Source of the DNA: Octopus vulgaris
Lineage: Eukaryota
Length of the DNA: 64,000 nt
Direction: 5' to 3'
Assembly (NCBI GenBank): GCA_951406725.2
Contig: OX597816.1
Location: 70,060,001 to 70,124,000, forward strand
Below, piece by piece: positions 24,773 to 39,989 of the stretch (position 1 is the stretch's first letter; the number at the start of each line of letters is the position of its first letter). Position numbers and translations under genes: made by a program. A model generated the notes under the pieces. The model was given only the letters and a program-made list of their open reading frames with translations, had not been told where the DNA came from and ran no database searches.

Positions 24773-26596
24773 GTACGTATGTATGTATGTATGTATGTAT
24801 GTATGTATGTATGTGTGTACATGGTCAGTAGCCATGATAGATCGTGAGCCACTACACTTATTTTCTCTCCTTGTTTTTTTCTGTGTCCCTTTCTCTAGAA
24901 GAGCGTAGGCTCGAAACGTAAAAGACTTTTTTCTATTCCTGAGCGTTATACTAATACATCTGTTTGTTTTGTACACCACCTGTCTTCGTCTTTTGTTTTT
25001 TCGTAAACTCTCCCTATGTGTGTATGTATATATATATATACATATATGTATATATATAAGTTTAAAATTATATATATATATATATATAATTTTAAATTTT
25101 GATATATTAAATTTTAGATTTATTTCTTGCCTACACATTGGTAATGTACTGGCATTCACAGAAAATTCCATAACCATCGGCGTTTTTGTGATACCAGAAA
25201 ATGTCGTAGGATTGTTTGTCTGTTAACAGCAGCGAGCTTACACATGATAGAATGATGATAAGTAACTGTAATCACTAGTTCAGTCACGTGAGGTATATTA
25301 GTTACTCGAGGTGACATAAGAAACATGAGAGTTGTAGCAAAATATATTGATATCTAACGTGTAAAATGTCCAAGAACTATTTACCTGCTCAGAGAAGACT
25401 TCATGCGTAAATTATAGCTACTTCTCTTTAAAAAATATGTGTTATCGCTATGCTATCAACTACTCGGAGAAAAAGAGTTTAACCCCCAAGAACAATCATG
25501 CTCACAAGGTGGTTGCAACAGGAGATTAGTGCTCCATCTTTATCAACGGTGCAAAAGTGGACAGTTGGGTTCAGGAGAGGAGGGGAGAGTCTTGAAAATG
25601 ATCTAAAGTTAGGATATCTTGAATCTGCCGCCACTTAGAAGGACATTGATCGCGTTCACACATGATAATGGATGACAGCATATATTTACAATCAATCGGC
25701 TATTAGGATACCCCGTTGAAAATTTTGAGAATATTCTATACAATGATCTGATCGTCGGAGCTAGTTTTGGAATACTACGTAACAGCAAAAGTGGGAAGGC
25801 ACGGGCCTTACCAGGACGTATGGAGAGTGTTGGAGAAGGTTCACACCCACAGGGCGTGTCTGTAGGCAGGCATCAATAAACTAAAAACCTAATATATACA
25901 TTTTTCTTCTTTCAATTTTTTAAATAACAAACCTCTCTATAATTATTTACAGAAATCTTATATACTAACCTACTCATTGAAAATCCACAGTAACTGTTAA
26001 ACGAGTGATGCAAAATGTATACCATATGAACCACAAAACTTTATTGCAACCTGTTGATCACAAAACTTTATTGCAGCCTGTTGACAAATATATAGAGAAA
26101 TATCTGCATTTGACCGCTATACAAATGTCTCGCACTGGTTTTTCTTCACTATCTTATAGTGTTATTTGAATTGATTTGTTCTTAAATAGTAATGTTTTCG
26201 TTTCCATTTGTTCATGTTGGATTTGTATAATAAATATACATTACGGAGATGTACTTGCATAGCAAGTGACCTGATCTGAGATCGTGTGCTGGAACGAAAA
26301 CAATTGCAGCGTGGAGGGTGTTCATAAGCCATTTAAGAAACACTCAAAATCTGTTAGATTCACTTCAACATTTAAATTTAATTTGCCAAAATATTTTCGT
26401 CGCTTTTAGACCGCGACCTGTTCACTGACAAAATTCCGTGCTCTCGTAGATATCACCAAGTTGAACTACGCCTAGCATACAAAGTGTAACAAAATGAATG
26501 CGCGGTAAAAATTTCAGAGTACACTCAGTAGAATTATTCAGGTAAAAAAATTATTTTTTCATAGCATTAAATTTAATTAGATAACAATACCGCTTA

Positions 26597-26709
<113 letters not shown>

Positions 26710-27017
26710 ACAATTGATATCTTTAGTATTCGAAAAGTGTTCAACATAGAGATGTGTCTTGAACCAGTTGGTAACATTTTATCGAAATAAAATAACACAA
26801 TCAAACAATGATAACTCAATAAAGACTTCAGTTTACTAGGAATATTTGATATCATAGGCATGAATTTTTTGATGCAACAGATATAGAAACCCATGACATG
26901 CGAGAGATACGTTCTTCGGTTCTGTCAGTTGTCTATATCTATGCTCTCTCTAAACTTATTGCTTATAATATGACATATCCTTTATGTATACAATTTACAA
27001 ATATAGAATATAATTCA

Positions 27018-27106
27018 TCAAGATCTATCTTGAACACACTTATTAAAATAAGAGTAATCTTCAGGATTTTCACTTAGCTGCGCATATTGGCATTGAGCCC
27101 CACCGC
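27018..27106 (-). pseudogene. Gene B (pseudogene) mature exon (G)GGAQCQYAQLSENPEDYSYFNKCVQDRS*
   Basis: Acceptor AG->TG, an internal deletion removing Cys2, last Cys->Ser. Flanks are homologous to the other copies. Confidence 0.75.
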
Positions 27107-29388
27107 CAAAAATATTGATGAATGATGTTTAAAATTGAAGATAAAGGTACATCAAATCTGCTACATTCATTCGCTTCATCTCTTTCTTTGAACCTGACTT
27201 ACACTGTTTCTAGTATATAGGTTGACTTTCAATGGGACCTCCGTTTACAATTTGCGGTCAGCGGATATCGCCCTCTTTAATTTCCTAGATATCTCCGTAT
27301 ATCTGTCGTCCAATCTTTATATCTATCTATCGTTTTTTTAATTTTTATTGTGGACGACACAAAATTAGCATATTTATGATTTTAATTGTTCTAATCTTTT
27401 TCATTTTAATTTATATGATAGATTTCACAATTTCAATGAATTCCATGAAACCAAGGTTTACTGCCGTAATATAGTCAATAACAATTTATACATAACAGAA
27501 AACTGAGAAACATTTACTGCTATAGAAATAATTTACAGTGTCGTGACTTCATCTCAACGACAGACGTATACAATGTTAACCTTCTAATACACAGTAATCA
27601 ACGTATTAGAAAAACCTACTGAGAGTTTGTTTTTCTTTTCAGAAAATGGTTTGTTTTATTTCAATTTAATCATAAAATTAGAGAAGGCAATTTTAATGAT
27701 ATTCATCTAGATCGCCTTGGGATGTCAATGAGAACATTACAACGTTTGATGTTCCTGAGAAGCCAGAAGTGGAGAGTGTATTCTATTGAGTAGCAGTTCT
27801 TATAAGGAAATATTGAACAATTAGTTTAATAGAAGTACTAACACTGTGATAGAACTATCATACTGATAACATCAATTTGGATAATACCAGCAAGAGGAAA
27901 TTTTGTTTTAAACAAAATTCACGAATGTATGGTGCCCAGTTTTACATGAGGTCTAATTCATTTAGAAATGTTTGAAAGATAGGAGATCGTACTGGAGGTT
28001 TCTACTGAAAGGTGTAAAGAAGAGTTGTTATAAAGTGTATTACATCATAAGCTGGCAATGGTGTATGAAAGAGAATGTGTATTACATCGCTTCTGTTATT
28101 GGATAGATATGGTGTGAAATGGTTTATGAAAGAGAAGCCATTCCTCTTAGAATAAGAGACACTGATAACGATTAGATTCTTGTAGCGTAGTGAAGCAAGT
28201 CTCCTGTGATTACCTCTGAGTAAGTGTTCTCAGAGAATCAGGAAATGCTCGAGACCGTGTCTGAAAATGAGTGTTTACGTTGGGTCCCATCACACACGTT
28301 ATGCTGAGATTGGTATACTGAGTTGTAATAATCGATTGCTTTGGTACAGAATCCAACAAAGACAAAATGTAGCAATGAACGTCAGAGTTGTAGGTACCGG
28401 TGCCAACATTAATTTGAAAATTAATCAGTAAATTAATTCAGAAAATTAATCTGTTGATTCAGCATCCTGAAAATGGATGAAATAGAAAACGAGTCACTGG
28501 TTAGAATATTTGCGAGTCCGTTATTTTGTGTTCATCTGTTTACGCATGATTGTCTGTGCGGCGAGTCTATGTGTTTTAAGATGATATATACATTTTGTTG
28601 TGTCTGTGGAGAGTAATTTTCTTTTTGTGCCTTATAATATATCACACTCACCGGTAAAATTTCCACTTTTTTTTCTTATTTTTATTTTCCTAAAATTTTC
28701 GTTGCGTCTGGCAACCTTTTCAATAGTTTTTGAAAAAGTTGCAAGACAGAACGAAAATTTTAGGACAATAAAAATAAGAAAAAAAGTGGAAATTTTACCG
28801 GTGAGTGTGTTATAAAGAATCTTGCAAACCAAATCCAAAAACGAAATATGATAGATACACTTTTGCGTATACTATTTACATAACCATAGTATAAGAAACA
28901 GTTATAAAAACTAGGGCAAGCTAAAAGAACAGCCAGTAATTGTATGATTTTTGCCATTAAAAGCATAGGACTGATGAAGGAAGTGGGATAAAGTGGAGAG
29001 AATTGAAGCAGAATCAATTTGAGATATTATTTGTGAGAAAAATATGTTCAAAGAAACTATCGAGATGTGGTCTATTGCATCAGAAGACATGAATAGAAGA
29101 CAAGAATATTGAAGAGAACAGACTGGGCTGCAGACATTGGTTAAGGAAAATAACGAGAATTCTATCTACGAAAGGAATGCTATATACAGGGAAGCGGTTA
29201 ATAGAAGAATCGTGTGAAGTCTAGTTCATAGATATTGGGATACAAAAGGCAGTGATTCAATCGAAAATTGGTCCCAGACAGTTATAAAAATTCTCCCAAA
29301 TTACGTTTTGATGTACAATTAATCATAATAAGCGTCATTTGACAAGGGTTGAAAACTCATTTAACGAATGGGATAAAAGAGTTCTTAT

Positions 29389-29449
29389 CTTCGGTCAAGG
29401 AAATAATCAGGAATACTCCCAAGATGATGGGAAAGTATGTAGATTTCAT
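29389..29449 (-). pseudogene. Gene B (pseudogene) signal exon [20 protein letters not shown]
   Basis: Same 61-nt length as the intact copies, but the donor is ATAAGA (GT->AT) and the upstream acceptor is TACAT instead of TACAG. Confidence 0.78.
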
Positions 29450-29496
29450 ATCTACATGTAAGATTTATAAATATGTATATATATATACGTATATAT

Positions 29497-29555
<59 letters not shown>

Positions 29556-29774
29556 CATGTATATATGTATGTATATATATATATATATGTATGTATATAT
29601 ATATATATATTATATATATACATACATATATATACATATATACATACATATATATATATATATATACATACATACATACATACATATATATACATATACA
29701 TATATATATGTACATACACATATATATATGTATATATATGTATGTGTGTGTGTGTGTACGTGTGTATGTGCGTG

Positions 29775-30029
29775 AAGGAGCGTGGCTTAGCTGTTAGGTT
29801 ATTCTGCTCACAATCGTAAGGCGTTGAGTTCAATTCTCGGCGATACTCTCTGTCCTTGAGCAAGACACTTTATTTCACGTTGCTCGTGAAATAAAGTGTC
29901 TTGCTCAAGGACAGAGAGTATCGCCGAGAATTGAACTCAACGCCTTACGATTGTGAGCAGAATAACCTAACAGCTAAGCCACGCTCTTTCACACACATAC
30001 ACACGTACACACACACACACACACACACA

Positions 30030-30097
<68 letters not shown>

Positions 30098-30490
30098 ACA
30101 TATATATATGTATATATATGTATGTATGTATATATATGTATATATATGTATGTATGTATATATATGTATATATATGTATGTATATATGTATATATATGAA
30201 TGTATATATATATATATATATTTATATGTATATATATATATGTATATATATATGTATATATATATATATATGTATGTATATATATATACATTGCTCCAGT
30301 CTACTCAGTAGTACCTGTATTTCAGAGGGCCAGCCTTGTCACAAACTGTGCCACACTGAATCTCCCTGAGAACTACGTTAATAGTACACGTGTCTGTGGA
30401 GTACTCAGCCATTTACAGGTTAATTTCACGAGCAGGCTGTTCTGTTGATCAGATCAACTGGAACCCTCGTCGTCGTAATCGACGGAGTGC
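29775..30490 (+). mobile_element. tRNA-derived SINE interrupted by an inverted copy of its own head plus microsatellite
   Basis: Head GGAGCGTGGCTTAGCTGTTAGG...GAGTTCAATTCTC at 29777-29885, its reverse complement at 29886-29995, and the body resuming at about 30290 (TTGCTCCAGTCTACTCAG). Confidence 0.75.
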
Positions 30491-31039
30491 TCCTCATATT
30501 TGTATATATATAAAACATATGTAACCCGGATCTTATCTACTCCATTCTTTAACCATTATATATATGTGCGTGGATATGTGTTTATGTAAGGGGAGAATTC
30601 GCAATAAAAAAAAACAAAGACGAAGTCAAGTGGGGTAGACAACAAACAGATGTATTAGTTTAACGCTCGGGAAGTGAAAAGTCTTTAACGTTTCGAGCCT
30701 ATGCTCTTCCACAGAAAGAAACACAGAAAGAATCGAGGAGAGAAAATAAAGAATGTCTAGTGTCTAACGATCTATCATGTTTGTATGTATGTATATAAAC
30801 CGCTCTTCAAAACTATAAAGCTACAGCACTGTCTATTTTTCCTAGCGAAATAAACCACTAAATTCGTGAAACTCACTTCTAGTTAGGAAATGGAATGACA
30901 GAAAACATTGCAATATTTAAATTTACTGACATCCAAAAATAAATTAGATAAGAGCCAGAAACTTCCTGTTCAAAACTATAACGCCAGTTTGAATAATGTT
31001 GCAAAATTGATGTAAAACAGCGAAATTATGTGATATTTC

Positions 31040-31960
31040 GTTGATATAGTGTGATTGACCACCACCTTTCTGAATTACTTCAAAGACACGCGATTCCATG
31101 CTCCCAATCATCTTCCGCAGCAGATCAAGTCGAAGCGTTTCCCAGGTCTTCTATATTGTCGTTTCAAGTTCAACAGATGAATATTGCTTGTCAGGAATTC
31201 TCTAAAGGATTAAGGTTGGACTTCTTGCTGGCCACGGCATGACTTCAACTCGAATGGCATGGAGGAAATCCAAAAGTTGTCTCTGCTTTACGAATAGAAG
31301 CACTGTCCTGTTGGAATATGATGTTCTCGCTGTAGAACCTTCTTCTCTCTTCGTCAATGTGAGACCCGTCCAACATATCGATGTATTGTGCAGTATTGAA
31401 ATGGCCATCCATGATGACAATTGGCAGCTTCCCATTGGCAGTTGTTGTGGAATAATTAGAATTTTGTATAACTGTCGGAGCCATCCAAATTCCATTTATT
31501 CTCATCGGAGAACTAAACTCTGGTTCATTCCCCATTCTACGTATGATGCCGCCGAGCAAGCTCCAGTCTAATAGCTTTATGGAAAGGGGACAATAATGGA
31601 CGTCCTGGATGATTCTTCAGGTGGAAACTATAATTCAAAATCACTCTTCTTACGATGGATGTCGAGGATCCTACTCCTACTGATGTATTGATTTCCGAAA
31701 CAGAGGAGCTGCTAGACATCTTCACAGCTCTAACAATGGCTCTTTCATCTCTTTTTGATGTAGCCTTGGTACGTCCACAAGCATGAACCCTGTTCTAGCC
31801 GTCAAGATCTTTCAGAAAATTTGTTCACAGGGGTTCTGCTTCGCCGAACCTTCTCGGCAATTTTCCAGTTAGTCGTTCCTTTCACTTGCAGTGCAAGAAT
31901 ATTCCCTTGTTCCATTTCGGAAAATTTGTAGCATTAAACATACTCGAAACGTAATCCGGA
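31040..31960 (-). mobile_element. Degenerate Tc1-like transposase
   Basis: RPLLSPFHKAIRLELARRH, FYSENIIFQQDSASI and MPWPARSP(DL)N-type motifs in broken frames. Confidence 0.82.
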
Positions 31961-32754
31961 TCACGGAGGACACGACTGAATATTTTTCGAAACAATCTAG
32001 AAAGAAATGAAAATGTATTAGTGGCTTTGTAGCTTTAAAGTGCTGACAGGCTAGGGAAAATTGGAAAATCAGGTGTTGCAATGTGGTAATAAAGGTACAC
32101 ATTTTACATATCAAAGAATTCACGAAATGCACAATTACAATATACTATGCCCCTTAGTTCACTTAAATACAGAGCTAGATTTTTCAATAATTTTTAAAAC
32201 ATGTGGATTTATAGCTTTCCGTAGTTGTGTGTGTGTCTGTGTGTAAGTACGTTTGCGTGCGTGTGTATGTATGTATGTATATTTGTATATGTCTATACCT
32301 CCATAGGATATGGCCTAATTAGAATCTGACGTAACTTCTCGATCTGATTGATTTGAATATTGAAAATAATCATCTAATTTCGATTTATAATCTATAGATT
32401 ACCTGTGATGATGGGCTAATTACGTTGATATACAAAGAAATATTGGTATCAACTTTCGGCATAAGGTGGGGCAATGTCGGCGGAAGAGGGCAGGTCGATT
32501 ACATCTGCGCCAGTATTCAACTAGTGCTTAATTCATCGATCGCAGAAAGATGAAGAGCAAAGTCGACCTCGTCGGAATTTGAACTCATAACGTAAAGGCG
32601 GACGAAATAACGCTAAGCACTTTGTACGGCGTGCTAACGATTCTGTCAGATCACTGCCTTATATATAAGGAAATACTGATAAAACTATTCTAAAGTACGG
32701 TAATATATTTACTACCGAATAGCATGGAATAATTTAAAGCTACACAATCTTATT

Positions 32755-32855
<101 letters not shown>

Positions 32856-34431
32856 ATGTATGTATGTATGTATGTATGTATGTATGTGTGTGTGTATATT
32901 TATGTTTGTGTGTCTGTGTTTGTCCCCCCAACATTACTTGACAACCGATGCTGGCGAGTTTACGTTCCCGTAGTTTAGCGTTTCGGCAAAAGAGACGGAT
33001 AGAATAAATACTAGACTTACAAGAAACAAGCCCTTGGGTCGATTTTCTCGACTAAAGGCGGTGCTCCAGCATGGCCACAGTCAAATGACTGAATCAATTA
33101 AAAGAGTTAACTGCATTTTTGCGCACTTGAATTTTGCTCAACGTGTCGTAACTCTTTAACAAAGTAATGTCAAGCATTATCTCCATAAATATATCCTATT
33201 CATTATATATATATATACCTAATGGGGCCATCTTTTACTTCTTCAGGAGATAATATGCTCGCTCCTTTAACATCTGTGACTATTCTATGTACATCATATA
33301 TCATAAATGTGCATCTGCTTCAGCCCTTGCTTGAAAGCACGCGTAACATATTGCAACAATTATCTCTCACTTTTACAAAATAACAAAATAATATAAGAAT
33401 TAAACAGCGGGTTGTTCTCTTAAGATAATTCATGCAATATGCTATATATATTTTGCAACAATCCTTTCAATTTCTTCAAGCTCCTCCATCCACGTATGTC
33501 CTGTGATTCGTCCGTAATAACAACACGATGGACATTACCTAGCCTTAGTTCCACTGACTGTCAAGCATCTAATCTTATTCCCCTCTCAATGTCTGATCTG
33601 GAAATCCCCTGTATATACCTAACTAGACTGGTCGCACATAAAAACACGACTCATTGGATCACGTTAAAATAGCTAGATTGTTTCAATCTGTCTCCGTGGC
33701 TCAGAAAGGTTTATAATGCAAAGTTGCAATGGATTTCTCTTTAATATGTGTGTGTGTGGCATCCGTTCTTTCTCACTGTCACACACGTGACATATTCACT
33801 CCTCACATGATAAATGCTGCAAATCTGGGTCTTTGAAAACCTATAAACGACATGACTCTTGTTACAAAATGAGCATTTTTTCTAAGAAAACAATAAAATT
33901 AATGAATAAACTGAAACTTAAATTTACGGATAGAAATTCTGATCACTAATGAATTATGAATACCATCCAAGCTAATAATACTGTAGCACGTCATTTGAAT
34001 ACATTTAGAACAGGGTCTTCAAATGATAATAAATATGTACATGCGTTTGCATGAATGCATGTATGTAGGCACAAATTGATTTCTGGTTACTAAGTTCGTT
34101 TTGGAACTACGTGACTTTGAGCTCATTCAACTATGGTAAATTCAGAAAGTGTCTTCCAGAGCAGCCACCGGCTGACGCTGGTCTTGTGGGGGAATTTGGC
34201 AAAGGGAAGCTGTCAATAAGTCCTACATATACACACGCAGTTACATATAGATATATGTGAATGCGCTTATGCATTGAAGTTCGGTTTGTCAACCAAATTT
34301 TGATAGCTTGCGTTGGACTTTTTACATCGCCGTAAATTTGCGGTTCGATATAAGAAAACGATAGAATCAGTGGCAATGATAAGGAATTTTGCCCCAGTGT
34401 CACTTTGATGGCATGCACTGCTCTCTCACTC

Positions 34432-34501
<70 letters not shown>

Positions 34502-34573
34502 TTCTTTGCCCTAGGAGTCGGGAAGACACTCGGCAAGAAATGGAAGAAAATTTGAAAGAAGAAAAAAAAAAAA

Positions 34574-34622
<49 letters not shown>

Positions 34623-34633
34623 TAATAATAATA

Positions 34634-35538
34634 GACCCGCAGCAAACAAGCTGATGTTGACCAGAAGCAAACCCATCAGTGGCTGCGGAGCTCAGGGCTA
34701 AAAGCAGAGAGCGAAGGTTTCATCCTGGCTGCTCAAGACCAAAGCCTATTAACCCGGAACTACCAGGCCAATGTGATGAAAAATGGAGCAGACCCAAAAT
34801 GCCGATTCTGCAACGACATGATTGAAACAGTGGACCACCTAATCTCTGGATGTAAAGTCTTAGCACCAGTGGAGTATAAATTAAGACATGACAGAGTTGG
34901 CCAATATCTCCACTGGCTAATAAGTCGGCATTACAATATCAAAACTGCCGACAAGTGGTATAATCACCACCCTGAGGCTGTAACTGAAGGAGAAAATGTA
35001 ACCATTCTGTGGGACTTTCCAGTACATACAGACCGAACCATCAAGGCCAATAAACCAGATATTGTTGTGAAAGACCAAAACAATAAAGTTTGCTTATTGA
35101 TCGACATGAGCATCCCCTGTGATCATAATATCTCAGCGAAAGAGTTTGACAAGCTCAGAAAATATAAAGACCTACTCATTGAAATTGAGAAAATGTGGCA
35201 TCTCAAGGCGGTTACAATACCAGTGATCGTAGGAGCACTAGGAATGATCAAGAAGGGAACCGAAAATTATATGAGAATGATCCCTGGCTTACCATCCCTG
35301 CAAGAAGTGCAAAATATTGTCTTAACTGGTACATCACACGTATTGAGAAGAGCATTGTCGATGTGAGAACTGTTGCTGCTCATGTATTTTAATTTAACTT
35401 TAAAAAAAAAAAAAAAAATGCACGAACTACTGAGTTTGGTTTAATGGCCTACCAATATACACTATAAGTTTCTTTGCCCTAGGAGTCGGGAAGACACTCG
35501 GCAAGAAATGGAAGAAAATTTGAAAGAAGAAAAAAAAA

Positions 35539-35540
<2 letters not shown>
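34634..35540 (+). mobile_element. 3' end of a non-LTR retrotransposon with CCHC zinc knuckle and restriction-like endonuclease (R4/Dong-like), inserted in (TAA)n
   Basis: ORF 34773-35366: CRFCNDMIETVDHLISGC, RHD, KPDIVV, LIDMSIP, KYKDL. Flanked by (AAT)n. Its 3' terminal ~75 bp is also present at 34497-34575. Confidence 0.9.
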
Positions 35541-35576
<36 letters not shown>

Positions 35577-36289
35577 GAAATAAACAGAAGAGAGCCACAG
35601 ATGTCATGCAAAATTGGTCGAACGATATTTCGGCATCTACCGTGCCTTCCACGGGTTCAAATTAAATGTCAGTCTACGTCATTATTTTAAGGATTATATA
35701 GGACTGGGGTAACACCTCCAGAAGTTATAGAGAAATTAACGGAAGAGTGCCGTAGTTGTCATGCGAAATTGTTTGAACGATATTTCGCCATCTAGCGTGC
35801 CTTCCACAGGCACGCTAGGGAAAATTGTAGATATGTAAGTTTCTAACCTTACTTCGTGGGAAATTTAGAAATACTCATAGGAGATTGTAGATTTGTAGAT
35901 GTTCCAGTTTATTAAAATTATTATTATTATTGTTGTTGTTGTTGTTGCTGCTGTTGTTATTCACTCATCTTAGGGCGAGTGGAGGATAAAAGATGTCACA
36001 CTATGACTGAAAGCTTGGGGAGGGCAAGTGACACGGGTAATAGCGAAATACTTTCATGTAATACAACACATGCATTTAAACTTATAGGGTTTTTCTAAGT
36101 ATGTTGGTAGAATTTGTCAATACAATTATTTGGATCTCTCTGAGATATAGTTCAACTGGGATATTATCTAGATATTTCTTACATCCCTTTCTTATCATAC
36201 CTAGGGCACCCACAAAAAAAAGGAACAGTTCTCGCTTTCAGATACCTCATCTTTTGTATTTCAATTTCCAGGTCCCTACACTCAAAACA

Positions 36290-37300
36290 ACTGGAAAAGA
36301 TATCTCAATGACTGTTTCATCCTCTGGAATGAAAGTATAGAAAAACTCAACGAATTCCAAACACTTCTAAATGGAATAAAGGAAAACCTCCAATTTACGA
36401 TTGTGTACAACCCGGAACAACTACCATTTTTAGATGTCCTTATTAAGAAAGTCGGGAATAAAATAGAGACAGATATCTATTTAAAAACCATTAACCCCAA
36501 ACAGTACCTGCCATTTGATTCTTGCCACCCGAGTCACACCAGGATGAGTATCCCATTTTATTTAGCCAAAAGAATATGCACAATATTATCAAACGCAAAC
36601 GTCCGTTACACACGACTCCAGGAATTGAAAACCACACTCATCAATAGGAATTACCCACAACGCTTTATCGACGATACGATCCACTGAGTACTTAAATTAA
36701 ATACACGAGAACTTAGACAACAAAGACCAAAGAAGGAAGAAAAATTTAAAACCCTGCCTTACCTTTCCAAACAAAACCCACATAACAATGTGGCCTTCAA
36801 CATTATACTCCACAGCACAGCTCTACTGAAGACAGACCAAAGATGAATCAAATCCTCAAAACACACCCAATCATCAAAAGTAAGAGACAACCAAAATCAA
36901 CGTAAAAGATTTTAACCCAGGCAAAATTACACTCAACAATAACCACTAAACCGAGAGTAAAAAAAAAATGCGGGAACTCCAACTGTGGGATTTGTATCAG
37001 CATAATAGAAGGATCAGAATACCGATTAGAACAATGCCATAATTTCACCATAAAATCTAATTTTACATGTGCATCGGAAAACTTGATATAGTTAATTACA
37101 TGCTCGGGATGTAAATGGCAATATATTGGACAGACAAAAAACAGCCTACGCCAGAGGATGGCGGTGCACAAATCTCAAATTAGGATTCCGAAATACAGGA
37201 ATATACATCTCAGCCAGCACATCGATGAATGTGCTTCCAAGAAATTTCCCAAATTCAGAACGTTTCCATTATACAAAATCAAAGACAATGCTAGCCAAAA
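36290..37300 (+). mobile_element. Penelope-like element: RT C-terminus and GIY-YIG, degenerate
   Basis: LPFLDVLI...TDIYLKTINPKQYLPFDSCHP...SIPFYLAKRICTI; FTCASENLI.LITCSGCKWQYIGQTKNSLRQRMAVHKSQI. Confidence 0.9.
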
Positions 37301-37759
37301 TGAAGGCATTAGTAAAGACCGTCACCTGTCAGTCAGCGAAGCTGATTCAGTGTCAGCTTGTCTCACGTCGTGATGTTATTTCTCGCCGGCATGTTATGAC
37401 TTTCAAGCCATTTTTGGTCTTCCCGCTTCAGCCATATATAGAAGCTGGCTTTTTCAACCGCCAGTAGTAATTTACGGTCACAGTAAGTTGAACTTGGCAT
37501 GCCACCAGAACCAAAATATATTATCACGTGTTCTTGCAGGAAAAGGGAAAGTAAACTATGAATGTTAATCCCAATCTTAATTTTAATTTAATTATTTTAA
37601 TAGTTCTTTTCTCTTTATATATTCCATTTTAGTACATATTTTTGATAATGTTTTTCTAAAAACGAAACATGTAAAAGCAAAATCAAAATGTATTCAATTT
37701 TAAGGTAGTAGCATTTCCGTGCTTGTTTTTCATATATATATATATATATATATATACTC

Positions 37760-38250
<491 letters not shown>

Positions 38251-38259
38251 TGAAGTTAT

Positions 38260-38545
38260 CTGTATTTCGTCATATATCCTGCCGTAATGACTTATATGCG
38301 AATCATGCGTCCAGCTGTTACTAGTATTAGACATTCCGATTAGTTTATTACTTCTTGGTCATCAACATCCTTCGAAAGAGAATATCTGTTTTGTTGTTCA
38401 TTGTCAGACGTATAACGTTTACGGCCAATATACCCTGCCGTTTTCAATTGAGTGGAAAAATTATACTTACGCGTGCACTTCCAAAGCACTGGTAAAATAC
38501 CACCACTAAGGCTAAGTATGAAAATACAACTAACACGCACTCATA
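38260..38545 (-). promoter_or_regulatory. Decayed promoter block of pseudogene B
   Basis: Homologous to the 22.7-23.0 kb and 53.1-53.35 kb blocks; the TATA reads CATATAAG and a SINE sits directly downstream. Confidence 0.45.
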
Positions 38546-39371
38546 TGTATATATAGATATGTACCTATGGTGGCTGCCCCCTCGTTATCGAGTATGGCCA
38601 TTGCACGAAGCTTAATCAATGTTGTTATCGTGCAATGCCTGTGCAAGAAGATATTTTTTTTAAATGAGGAAAGGCTGTGCACTGAGTCAGTCTCACTCAC
38701 TAAGCAACAGCAGCCATAATCCGAAAAGAAGAACAAGTCAACATCATCGGTAACCACCGAGCCGAAGGTTTTATGTCGGAGTTATCCCAGTTACCTGAGT
38801 TACCTTCTCCTAGAAGGATGCCCTAACAAAGGCTAGGAGTCCTTCACTCCCGATGGTTTAACCGCGCGATCGGGTATTCAGTCCGATTATTTCTATGTCT
38901 CCGCGCATCATACAGCCCTAAGATATCGACCCTGGGACTTATTCTTTTGTAAGCCCAGTACTTATATATGTATGTGTGTGTTTGTGTTTGTCCCCCCTAG
39001 TATTGCTTGACAACCAATGCTGGTGTGTTTATGTCCCCGTCACTTAGCAGTTCGGCAAAAGAGACCGATAGAATAAGTCCCGGGATCGATTTGCTCGACT
39101 AAAGGCGGTGCTCCAGCATGGCCGCAGTCAAATGACTGAAACAAGTAAAAGAGTAAAAGAGTAAAGAGTAAAAGAGTATATATACTACAGAAATACCCGG
39201 CGTTGCCCGGATTAAAGGGAATGATGAGATTTAAAAACACCGTCTAGATTACGCAAGTCTCAACTGCTAGTAGCTGAGATGGAAACTTTCTACATTAATA
39301 ACTCTCCAACCCACGTCAGTATGGAACAGAGACTATTAAGTGAAATGCTAAAAGAAAGTTTTCTACTTCTA

Positions 39372-39884
39372 TCTATATATATAAAACTGTAGTTGTGTGA
39401 GTGTCTGCCCCCTTCGATTTAGATTCCTAACTACTCCCACATTTTGCGATGCAGTTTAACCAAATTCGGGTATCTTATAGTCGTGATTCATATCAAGCCC
39501 GTCTGAGTATTAGCGCGCGTCTACGATGAGTCTACGATTTTAAAAATAATTTAACATCATTTTTTATTCCATTTTAATGTATAATTTTTCGTGTGTCGAT
39601 GGTGGCGGAGTTGGCGTCCACGCTCACAGCTGCACCTGTTTACTTTTCCCCCTTCTTCCCTCCCTCGTGAAGCTGTGGGGAAGGGAGTGTAAGGAAATCA
39701 ACGTCGTAAAGCGTTGTCAAGGAGACCAGCGTTCTTGTAGAACAACGACTTCATGGCTTGAAGACACCAAAACAGAAATGGCTAAGAAAGCCCAAATTGG
39801 CATCTATAAGGGAAGTATCTCTCTAAAAATGCTTATATAGTTATTTCCCTTACAAACCCGAGCAACGCCGGGCGATACTGCTAG
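39372..39884 (+). mobile_element. Non-autonomous Helitron
   Basis: A|TCTATATATATAAA 5' end; subterminal hairpin CCCGAGCAACGCCGGG; CTAG|T 3' end; inserted between A and T with no TSD. Confidence 0.8.
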
Positions 39885-39989
39885 TATGTATATAAAGTAA
39901 ATACACGTAATTCAAAAACACGTTTTGTGTAGCTTATTTCGTAACCGAAAAACAGGCGCAGATTATAAACAATGAAAGGCCAATTTTGG

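Noticed and set aside
28880-28960. MAKIIQLLAVLLAC as the family's signal peptide
   Set aside because: ATG and frame are absent from the homologous blocks at 11.1 and 47.9 kb; the real leader exon is at 29389-29449.
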